The notes under the pieces are model-generated. The model had not been told where the DNA came from. It saw nothing but the letters and a program-made list of their open reading frames with translations, and searched no databases. From IMG/VR virus record IMGVR_UViG_3300020382_000273, positions 1 to 57,524 of that record: 57,524 bases of DNA. One strand, 5' to 3'. Within the stretch, counting starts at the first letter, position 1. Every line of letters begins with the position of its first letter. Made by a program: the position numbers and the translations under genes. This DNA comes from a virus. Its lineage: Duplodnaviria > Caudoviricetes. This document shows, piece after piece, positions 9,186 to 17,591 of the stretch.

Positions 9186-9425
9186 ATGACAGAGCAACAG
9201 ATACAAGCGAAAAGAATTAAAGAGTTTCAAGAACTAGGTTACTACGTAATTAAATTAATTAAGACCAACACTAATGGTATACCAGATGTATTAGCTATAC
9301 CTCCAGATTCTGGAGTAATATTTTCAGAAATAAAAACTGAGAAAGGAGTTGTATCTCCATTGCAAAAATATAGAATGAAAGAATTAAACGACAATGGAAT
9401 TGAAACAGAAATATACAGAGGATGA
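9186..9425 (+). CDS. VRR-NUC family nuclease
   Basis: MTEQQIQ..GIPDVL..FSEIK..G..SPLQ..R..EL. Confidence 0.85.
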   Translation: MTEQQIQAKRIKEFQELGYYVIKLIKTNTNGIPDVLAIPPDSGVIFSEIKTEKGVVSPLQKYRMKELNDNGIETEIYRG

Positions 9426-9732
9426 ATTTGAATTAGATGATTACTTTATTTATCAGATGAAAGAATTACGTTCTTCTACAGCTGTAAAAATAGCAAAAGT
9501 TATAGATGGAATTAGAGATATACGTGAAACTCACGGAGACATAGATAATATTTCTGGATATGTAAATGATAATGATGACAATCCATTTTTTTTTATGATA
9601 GATTATTTCACAGAAGAAGATCATCCAATAGTACTAATAGATATATATGAAATAGATATAGATTTATATTTAGATCAAATAAGTTTAGATAAACATATAA
9701 AAAACAATAATGAACTTAGTAAAAATAGTTGA
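9394..9732 (+). CDS. Hypothetical acidic protein
   Basis: 112-aa ORF within the operon. Confidence 0.65.
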   Translation: MELKQKYTEDEFELDDYFIYQMKELRSSTAVKIAKVIDGIRDIRETHGDIDNISGYVNDNDDNPFFFMIDYFTEEDHPIVLIDIYEIDIDLYLDQISLDKHIKNNNELSKNS

Positions 9733-10063
9733 AGTAATAGAGGAGGAAACAAAGCTTAATGATATTTTAAACAAATCACGTAAAAGAAGATATGTAGATG
9801 CTAGAAGAATATTATTTTTTATTTTAAGAAATGCACACCGATTATCTTATCAAGAAATAGGTAACTTATGTGGAGGAAAAAACCACGCAACAGTTCTTCA
9901 TAGTCTGAGACATTATGAATTTATTTTAAAGACAGAACCTAATTTTAAAAACTTACACGATAGAATAATAACACGTGTTGGTGGCAAAAAAACTGAAGTA
10001 GAATTATTATGGGAAAAAATTACTATATTAGAGTCAGAGTTATTAACAATTAAAAAAACTTAA
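9710..10063 (+). CDS. DnaA C-terminal (domain IV) HTH protein
   Basis: SRKRRYVDARRI..SYQEIG..GGKNHATVLHS closely matches DnaA 'SL.EIG..FGGRDHTTVLHA'. Confidence 0.85.
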   Translation: MNLVKIVEVIEEETKLNDILNKSRKRRYVDARRILFFILRNAHRLSYQEIGNLCGGKNHATVLHSLRHYEFILKTEPNFKNLHDRIITRVGGKKTEVELLWEKITILESELLTIKKT

Positions 10064-10064
10064 A

Positions 10065-10304
10065 ATGGAATATAAATATGCTGATATAGAAAAAATTACA
10101 GAATTCAAATCTTGGTCAGTTAGCAAAAAAATAGACGAATTGTTTAGGATTGATGCTCATATGTATACCGAATTAGGTCTTGACTCATCAAAAAAAGACA
10201 AAAAAGACACAAGAAGTAAGTCTAAATCAATTTATAGAGCAATACAAAAAATAGATCCTAAGTTGGGAAAAGATCTAATTTACTACATTGACAGAGAAGA
10301 TTAG
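10065..10304 (+). CDS. Hypothetical protein
   Basis: 79-aa ORF. Confidence 0.7.
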   Translation: MEYKYADIEKITEFKSWSVSKKIDELFRIDAHMYTELGLDSSKKDKKDTRSKSKSIYRAIQKIDPKLGKDLIYYIDRED

Positions 10305-10362
10305 TTAATAAGTTTTTTATAACTGATAAAAAATATTTTGTAGATTATAGTGATCTAAAAAA

Positions 10363-10551
10363 ATGTCAGTTAAAAAAAACAGTCATAACACTATTAATTA
10401 TATAAATTTATTGATGTCAAATATTAATTTATTGACAGATGATATTTATGAATCTTTAATGGATGAAGACAATACTACTCTAAACAATAATATCAGAGAA
10501 CTAATATCTGTTTTGCGTGATACGCAGAAATTAACAGAGGATGAGTTCTAA
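10363..10551 (+). CDS. Hypothetical protein
   Basis: 62-aa ORF with an A-rich start context. Confidence 0.6.
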   Translation: MSVKKNSHNTINYINLLMSNINLLTDDIYESLMDEDNTTLNNNIRELISVLRDTQKLTEDEF

Positions 10552-10939
10552 ACCTAAACAAAAAGTTTGTAAATCCTGTAATTCTCTTAAAAAAATAAGT
10601 GAGTATCACAAAGATGGAATTAAATACATTAGAACTGATTGTAAAGTATGTTTCCAAAAGAAAAAAGTTGATAGAAGAAACAAATTAAAAAAATGGTTAA
10701 CAGACTATAAAGAATTATTGTCTTGTTCTGTGTGTAACTATTCAAAAGAAACACACAAAACTTTTTCAATTCGAGCTATAGAATTTCATCATCACAACAA
10801 AGACAAATTATTTAATGTTAGTGAAGGTCCAACTCAAGGATTCTCTAAAGAATCTATATTAAAAGAAATACAAAAGTGTTTAGTATTATGTGCCAGATGT
10901 CACGCTGAGTTACATCATAGATTAAAACAATCCACCTGA
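10541..10939 (+). CDS. HNH-type endonuclease with Zn fingers
   Basis: CKSC, CKVC, CSVC, EFHH, KCLVLCARCHAELH. Confidence 0.85.
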   Translation: MSSKPKQKVCKSCNSLKKISEYHKDGIKYIRTDCKVCFQKKKVDRRNKLKKWLTDYKELLSCSVCNYSKETHKTFSIRAIEFHHHNKDKLFNVSEGPTQGFSKESILKEIQKCLVLCARCHAELHHRLKQST

Positions 10940-13900
10940 CTTATTTTTTTTAAATATAGGACCAGAATCTTTTATTTTTCTCTTTTTCTTTTTCTTTTTC
11001 TTTGTAGGCACATCTATTACCATTGGTTTTGTTACACCCCTACGTTTGTAACTTTTTATGTTATTGTTTACAACTGTACCTGTTTCTGATGGTAACAAAC
11101 CTAATACATACATCATATAAATAACTGATTGCATTTTAACCGAATCTTTATACATAGGATCTATTTCTTTCTTACCACCATAATTGTCTGTGTATTTACC
11201 AGTTACACCTAAAACAAACAGATCGATAATTTGTTCTCCAGCTTTTAGTCCAATCCCTAAAACACCTAATCTATCTAAAACCCCTTGTCTATTTCCCTCA
11301 AAAAATTGATACGGTTTTTCTTCGTCACTAAAAGTTTCAATCATAGCATTAATTCCTTTTAGAACAACTGGATTTGCTGCTGGTATTGGAGATACAATAT
11401 CAGTAATTATATTTCCTGCTCTACCTTTTTTTCTATTTTCAAAATCTTTTGTTTGTTTTTCTTCATCATCATCACCAAGAGCTGTTAGATTTGCCAACGT
11501 TTGAGTTATCAATAATCCTAATGCATTAAAGGCTACTGATTCACCAATTAACCCAGCTAAAGATCTTGTTGCCGCTATCTTATCTTGAGTTGTTGGTCCA
11601 GTTTTTTGTGACAACACACTTATATCTGCAAGCATTCTACTCTTTTGATTAATTAAAAAGTTAGCAAATGGGAAAAAAACTTTTCTTAATATTTGTGGAC
11701 CAACCTTTTTACTGGAAAAAAGTTTACCTTGTAAGTCAGCATCAGAAGTATTCTGTTGTCTACCTAGTTGTTGCTGAGCATATTCAGCTGCCCTTGTATT
11801 CTCTTTATGAGTTTTCCAATCAATACCGCTAGTTTCAATACCTTGTTTTTTTAAATCATTAACATAATAAGCCATAAAAGAAGCTCTTGCTGCAAATAAA
11901 TCAGGCTTAACTAAGAACTTTTGAAGCCAAAATTTTTGTGCTACATCAACTCCACTCATAAATCTATTAAATTTATTACGTGATGAGTTATCTAATTTTG
12001 TATTACTTCCTTCTAAGTTTGTTGTCGCTTGTAAACCACGATTCGAAACATCTACACCTAAATTTTCTATCCATTTCATAGCATCTTTATTTGTAGTTGC
12101 TAATCGAATTCCTTGAATTGAAGAAGCGATACCCTTAGCAGTAAATAAATTTATAAGCGTATTAACTAGAGGTGTTAATTGTTTTAAATACTGAGTAGGA
12201 CCACCAAGTACTCTGGACACTCCCAGTCCAGCTAACCTATTTAATCCAGCTAAGTATTTCTTGGTTTCTTTATCTGATTTTACATCAGTACTTACACCTC
12301 TTTTAGCATTAACATATTCATTGAACCTTTTCTTTATTGCTTCTCTGTTATCAAGATCAGGAATAATATTTTTAAATTCTGGATTTTCTATAAATGCTTT
12401 TAACTGTGCAATACCTTCTGCAGTTTCTATATCTGTTAGTGCAGCTTTTAATTTTCTAATATTCTGACTATCAAAAGCAAAACTTACAACTCTATTTGTT
12501 AATTCCGTTGGTTTTTTTGCCTCTATTAAAACGCCAGTTTTTTTATCATAAATACTTTCAGAATGAGCTTGAAAAACTGGTTCACCAAGTTTAGGTATAT
12601 CGTCTTCTAATTTTATTCTATTAATGGAATCAGGTATATAATTTATATCTTTTCCTAATACTTTATTATAAACATTTAATGAAACATTTTCTAATGCTAC
12701 TCGTTTTTGTGCCCATTGATCTTGCATAAACTCAACAGCAGCTATGTTTACAGGATCTACACCCTTACTAAGATCATTAATATCTTTAGAATCTTTAACA
12801 AATTTATTAAAAACTTCTCTAGCTACTTTAGCTAACTCAGTTTGACCATCTGCCTCTAATGCTCTAATAGATTCTTCTACTAACTTTTTTCTTCTATTAA
12901 ATTCTGTCTGTTGTTCTGATTTTGTACCTATAACAGTTCTTCTCATAAAAGCAAACATACCTCGTTCTTGATCATTACTTATATCAGTAAATGGTTTACC
13001 GTTAGGATTAGTTCTTTCTTTATCCAGAAATCTTTCTTTACCAGCTTTAAAAACATTACCTACATTTGTTATAAAAGTCTCAGCATATAAATCGCTTATG
13101 TTATTAGTAATTTTTTCAGCTTTAGCAGCACCTCTTCTTATTTTCATAAAACCACTTAACTTTTCAAAAGACAAAGCTCCAGATTGTCCTTTGAACATAC
13201 TCTCAAGTTGAAGAGGTAATTGTGCTAACCAGGTATTCCAAGCTGAACCAACTCTTGTAGACATATATGTTTTTAATTGTCTTGCTATTAAACCTTTTTT
13301 CTTAGTTGTAATTATATTTTTATTTGCAGTATCTACTGCAACAATAAGTGCCATTCCACCAGTAGTTTGGTTAGTAGCAAAATTAATCATTGAATCTAAT
13401 GCTTGTAGTTTTTGTGATTGACTCATTAAATCTAAATCAATATTCATAAACTTACGTACAATTTCTTGTTTAGCAGCATCTACTTTAATTTTCTCACCAG
13501 TAAATGGATCAACTTGATCATTTATAAGACTATCAACAATAGACTTATATGTGTTAAAAGCTTTTTTAGTTGCCTTATTAATTAAATCAGCAGCTATACC
13601 TGGAGGAGTAGGAGGAGTATCTTTCTTATTCTCTGCTTCTTTTACTTTTTGATCGTGAATAATATTACGCATTTCAACTAATGTTAATTCATTAGAATTT
13701 AATCCTGTCAAATCACGGAAAGATTGAGCTTCAGCTTCTCTTAATATTTTCTCTTGTTTTTTTATTGCATCATTAGAAAATTTATCTAAAGATTTTATAT
13801 CAACACTTTCTGCTGTTATAAGCTTTCCATCTTTATTTCCTTTTGATTTTTTTAAACCATCAATAATAGTTTGTGCTTTGGCGTTGTATGCATCTATATC

Positions 13901-16900
13901 AGAAACTAAATCAATATCAATATCAAGAAACTGTTTTACTGCTACCTGCACATTAGCCTCAGCACCTTTTACTGATTTTTTTATACTACGTTGTTTAGCC
14001 TTTGCATCATTAATTTTCTTGATTGCATTTGCATCATTGTTAACTTTTTCTGCAAAATTTAAAACCTTTGCAACGTTGAGAGGGTTATTTAAATTAACAC
14101 CAGAAACTTTATTAATTAACTGAGTCATTTTACCAGTAGTAATTTTACCAGCTTTCTGTAAAGCCTTTAAAGCAGCTGCTAAAGACTTACGTCTTGTTGT
14201 TTGATCTTTCTTAGAATCATTAGCTGCTTTAACTTCAAGTCTAATTTGATCTTTTAATGCTGCAGATTCATCTACGTTATTAAGTTTCTTTTTATTTTTC
14301 TTAGCATCAATCTGTCGTTTAGTAGGAGAAGGTATTTCAACTCCAAGCTTTTTATTTATTTCCTGAATCATCGCTTCCTTTTCAGAATCATTTGATTCGT
14401 TAAAAAGTTTTGATTGTTCTAAATACTTAATAGCATTATCTGCTTCTGATTGCTTGTTGTCTCTGTTACCTCTTCGCTTATTACGATTTCTAGTTTTGAT
14501 AATAATATTATCAACTACTTTATCTACTCTAGTCTTGTTCACACTCATCACTTCGCCCTCAGTCGAAGTTGATGAGTCTGTATCTATCTCCTGTTCATTC
14601 TCGTTTGAGACATTACCCTGTTTGCCATTGTTGTTCTCGATGGAGGTTTTACGTGTGTCTCCTTTTCCCACTCCTGGCAATTCCACGTTGGCATCTTTCT
14701 CTGTTTCTTGGCTTGTGCCATCATCTGATAACACTTTTTTCTTTGTTGTTGATTCTTGAATGGCATCGGTTTCTTTTTTTACTAATTCATTTAACTTATT
14801 GGATATTTCATTTTCAGTTGGTACTCTACCATCTCCTTCTTCTTTTAAGGCTTCAATTGCATCCTCTCTTGTAATATTATCTAACGCAGCTTTTAAAGCA
14901 ATATCTGGATTTTCTTTAACAAATGTTGCCATTGCTTGTTCAGTATCCGCATCTTTTAAATTTTTAATCTGAATATCTATATCAACAATTTGTTTTTCTA
15001 TATCTGCTTTTAAAGGTCCTTCTAAACCTTCTTTTTTCCGTACTAATTTTCCTCTTTGAGTTAATAACGCACCAGCTGGTTCAATGTTTTCAGGCATTAT
15101 TATAGTACCCTGTGTTTGATTTACTGCAGTCTGCATAGCGTAAACCTCTTTATAAACAGCTGCTCCTTCAGCTTCAGTAATATTACCAGCTTTTACAGAT
15201 TCATTAATAGCAGCTTCTATATTAGAGCTTTCTGTAGCTGTTCTAAGTAAAGCTTTTCTAGAGTTACCTAGCATTAGTTTTTTACTACCTACACCAGTAG
15301 TAGCACCTAATGTTAAAACAACAGTTTCTACAACATCTCTATAACTAGTAGTTTCGTTTAATATTTCTTTACCTACTGAGTCATTTGCTAAAGAATTTAA
15401 AAAATTTCCAGAAATTAATACTGGCAATTCTTCTACTACAACTTCTTTAAAATTTTCGTTTGCTAAGTCTTTTACTTTTTGTTTAAAAACTTTACTACTA
15501 ACAACTGATTTTGGTTTCATTACTAAATCAGATAATATTTTTCTATAGTTTTTTGTGTTTGCCAACAACTTAACATTAGATCCTGCCAATCCAGAAAAAA
15601 TACCATCTAAACTAGCTCTACCATTTCCATATAAAATTGCTCTATCATAAGCTTCTTGTTCTGGAACTCCTCCAGCCATTAATTGTTCTTTAATTGAATT
15701 TACTTCAGTAGTTAATGAAGATGCATATGATGAAACTCCCATACCTACACCACCTTTTACTGTTCTTTTGCTACCAGCTTTTACCAAACCTTTTTGCATA
15801 GTTTTAGTTGCCCATTTACCACTATATATTAATCCAAGTAAATGAGTAACTGTACCAGCTGTTCCTTCTGTAAATGCAGCTCCAGTAGTTTTTAATCCAA
15901 ATTCAGGAACTTTTTTTGATTTTTCTAATATATCTTTAACCTCTTCGGTAGTAAACATACCAGACATATCCATCATTGTATTACTATCTAATATCTGTCC
16001 TCTTTTAGTTACAGATACTTGGTGTGGTTGACCATCAAAAGTAGTCATTACTTCTTTTGTGTTTTCAACTGTAGAACGTTTTAAAGGATCACCTAAATTA
16101 CCCACTAAACGCCCATCACTATTTAACATTACATCTATTGACTCATTAATTGCTCTTGTACCATTAGCCATAAAAGAATCTTCAAGTCCTACCATATTTA
16201 AACCAGTTTCAAGTACTGTCGGTATAAACCCAACGAACGCCCCTACGAAACTAATAGCCACATCGGATAGAGTATTAGCTCCTTGTGCTAAGCCTCCAGT
16301 AAAATCTCCATCTCTTTGGTTTATTACATATTGTTTTCTTCTAAGAGTTCGAAGATCTTGTTCTTTTTCAAGTTCAGGAAATAATTTAATAAAAGCATAC
16401 TGTCTTCCAGCATTTTTTAATTGATTAGCTTGTAATTGATTTCTTTTAGATATTAAATTTGCTCTAGTAGCAGGATCACTAATAAACTTTAATTTATTTT
16501 CAATTATATTTAAATCAGCAGTAATATCATCACTAACAGACGTACTATAAGATGCAAGTTTTCTTAGATTTCTTCTTTCTTCTGAATATTTTTTAGCCTC
16601 ATCACTTAAATAAAAATCTTTTATTTCTTGAACATACGCAGCATCTTCTTTTGTATTTTCGTCTTCCCAAGCTCTATAATCAGCTACATCAACTTCTACC
16701 TTATTTAAAATATCTACAGGTATAGTAGATTTTTCTTCCAGCTCTAAAACTTCCTCATCAGAATAAAATAACTTTTGAAGAAAATTTCTATCTGAAGGAT
16801 CATTAGCTGATACTGCAATCATTCCACCTGGAATTTTTCTTTTACCTCTAAATTTACCATCTACTACTGTACTACCCACATTTTTCATAACTAATGGGTT

Positions 16901-17587
16901 CATTGTTTCAGCATAACCAGTAAGTAATTTTAAATCTTCGACTCTTTGATAAAAATATCCATCAGGATTAGGAGTATCTCCAATACCATCATCAACATCT
17001 TTTTGTCTTCTTTTAATTTCTGCTACTTGATCTTCAGGAGATAATTCTGAAAAAGGAATATTATTTACTAAAATACTATTTACTTGAGTATTACTATTAT
17101 CGTCATAAACATCGGATAAATTATTTTTATTTACTACTACAGAAGAGTCCGAGAATAATTCTGTTTCCTTTGCAGGAGGTGTAATGCCATCCGTATCTAC
17201 CGTTCCTGAAGTAGAATTTTGTAGTTGATCTTTTTTTTTTAATTGATTATTAGCAACAAGTTTATTAAATTGATCTTGTCCATATTTATCAATTAAAGTA
17301 TTACCATCTGCTTCAGTACCATTTGGAGTAATATAAATATTATCATCAGTTAAACCGTTATCAAATATTTGAGTATCAGGTATAACTTCTTCTTCAACAA
17401 CTTCTTCAGTAACAACAGGAGCTTGCTCTTCTACAACTTCCTCAACAACTTCTTCTTTGACGACTTCCTCAGTAACTAAAGTAAACTTACCAGAAGCAAC
17501 AAGTTTATTAAATTGATCTTGTCCATATTTATTAATTAAATCAGACTCACTTACTATTCTACCATTAGGAGTTCTATATTTATTCAT
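10922..17587 (-). CDS. Giant internal virion / DNA-ejection protein (2221 aa)
   Basis: Last and largest gene of the morphogenesis block, mainly helical; position analogous to podoviral ejection proteins (inference). Confidence 0.7.
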   Translation of the reverse strand: MNKYRTPNGRIVSESDLINKYGQDQFNKLVASGKFTLVTEEVVKEEVVEEVVEEQAPVVTEEVVEEEVIPDTQIFDNGLTDDNIYITPNGTEADGNTLIDKYGQDQFNKLVANNQLKKKDQLQNSTSGTVDTDGITPPAKETELFSDSSVVVNKNNLSDVYDDNSNTQVNSILVNNIPFSELSPEDQVAEIKRRQKDVDDGIGDTPNPDGYFYQRVEDLKLLTGYAETMNPLVMKNVGSTVVDGKFRGKRKIPGGMIAVSANDPSDRNFLQKLFYSDEEVLELEEKSTIPVDILNKVEVDVADYRAWEDENTKEDAAYVQEIKDFYLSDEAKKYSEERRNLRKLASYSTSVSDDITADLNIIENKLKFISDPATRANLISKRNQLQANQLKNAGRQYAFIKLFPELEKEQDLRTLRRKQYVINQRDGDFTGGLAQGANTLSDVAISFVGAFVGFIPTVLETGLNMVGLEDSFMANGTRAINESIDVMLNSDGRLVGNLGDPLKRSTVENTKEVMTTFDGQPHQVSVTKRGQILDSNTMMDMSGMFTTEEVKDILEKSKKVPEFGLKTTGAAFTEGTAGTVTHLLGLIYSGKWATKTMQKGLVKAGSKRTVKGGVGMGVSSYASSLTTEVNSIKEQLMAGGVPEQEAYDRAILYGNGRASLDGIFSGLAGSNVKLLANTKNYRKILSDLVMKPKSVVSSKVFKQKVKDLANENFKEVVVEELPVLISGNFLNSLANDSVGKEILNETTSYRDVVETVVLTLGATTGVGSKKLMLGNSRKALLRTATESSNIEAAINESVKAGNITEAEGAAVYKEVYAMQTAVNQTQGTIIMPENIEPAGALLTQRGKLVRKKEGLEGPLKADIEKQIVDIDIQIKNLKDADTEQAMATFVKENPDIALKAALDNITREDAIEALKEEGDGRVPTENEISNKLNELVKKETDAIQESTTKKKVLSDDGTSQETEKDANVELPGVGKGDTRKTSIENNNGKQGNVSNENEQEIDTDSSTSTEGEVMSVNKTRVDKVVDNIIIKTRNRNKRRGNRDNKQSEADNAIKYLEQSKLFNESNDSEKEAMIQEINKKLGVEIPSPTKRQIDAKKNKKKLNNVDESAALKDQIRLEVKAANDSKKDQTTRRKSLAAALKALQKAGKITTGKMTQLINKVSGVNLNNPLNVAKVLNFAEKVNNDANAIKKINDAKAKQRSIKKSVKGAEANVQVAVKQFLDIDIDLVSDIDAYNAKAQTIIDGLKKSKGNKDGKLITAESVDIKSLDKFSNDAIKKQEKILREAEAQSFRDLTGLNSNELTLVEMRNIIHDQKVKEAENKKDTPPTPPGIAADLINKATKKAFNTYKSIVDSLINDQVDPFTGEKIKVDAAKQEIVRKFMNIDLDLMSQSQKLQALDSMINFATNQTTGGMALIVAVDTANKNIITTKKKGLIARQLKTYMSTRVGSAWNTWLAQLPLQLESMFKGQSGALSFEKLSGFMKIRRGAAKAEKITNNISDLYAETFITNVGNVFKAGKERFLDKERTNPNGKPFTDISNDQERGMFAFMRRTVIGTKSEQQTEFNRRKKLVEESIRALEADGQTELAKVAREVFNKFVKDSKDINDLSKGVDPVNIAAVEFMQDQWAQKRVALENVSLNVYNKVLGKDINYIPDSINRIKLEDDIPKLGEPVFQAHSESIYDKKTGVLIEAKKPTELTNRVVSFAFDSQNIRKLKAALTDIETAEGIAQLKAFIENPEFKNIIPDLDNREAIKKRFNEYVNAKRGVSTDVKSDKETKKYLAGLNRLAGLGVSRVLGGPTQYLKQLTPLVNTLINLFTAKGIASSIQGIRLATTNKDAMKWIENLGVDVSNRGLQATTNLEGSNTKLDNSSRNKFNRFMSGVDVAQKFWLQKFLVKPDLFAARASFMAYYVNDLKKQGIETSGIDWKTHKENTRAAEYAQQQLGRQQNTSDADLQGKLFSSKKVGPQILRKVFFPFANFLINQKSRMLADISVLSQKTGPTTQDKIAATRSLAGLIGESVAFNALGLLITQTLANLTALGDDDEEKQTKDFENRKKGRAGNIITDIVSPIPAANPVVLKGINAMIETFSDEEKPYQFFEGNRQGVLDRLGVLGIGLKAGEQIIDLFVLGVTGKYTDNYGGKKEIDPMYKDSVKMQSVIYMMYVLGLLPSETGTVVNNNIKSYKRRGVTKPMVIDVPTKKKKKKKRKIKDSGPIFKKNKSGGLF
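14584..14766 (-). CDS. Nested alternate-frame small basic protein (MPFK-type)
   Basis: MPFKNQQQRKKCYQMMAQAKKQRKMPTWNCQEWEKET; overlaps a low-complexity linker of the giant gene that shows atypical codon usage. Confidence 0.55.
   Translation of the reverse strand: MPFKNQQQRKKCYQMMAQAKKQRKMPTWNCQEWEKETHVKPPSRTTMANRVMSQTRMNRR
17252..17532. repeat. 38-bp perfect direct repeat (17252-17289 and 17495-17532)
   Basis: AGCAACAAGTTTATTAAATTGATCTTGTCCATATTTAT twice; encodes the duplicated KYGQDQFNKLVA. Confidence 0.9.
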
Positions 17588-17591
17588 TTTT

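Noticed and set aside
13900-13930. DIDID in the 2221-aa protein as a crAss-like virion RNA polymerase DxDxD motif
   Set aside because: It lies in a helical K/A-rich region with no double-psi-barrel context, and host-type promoters are present throughout the genome
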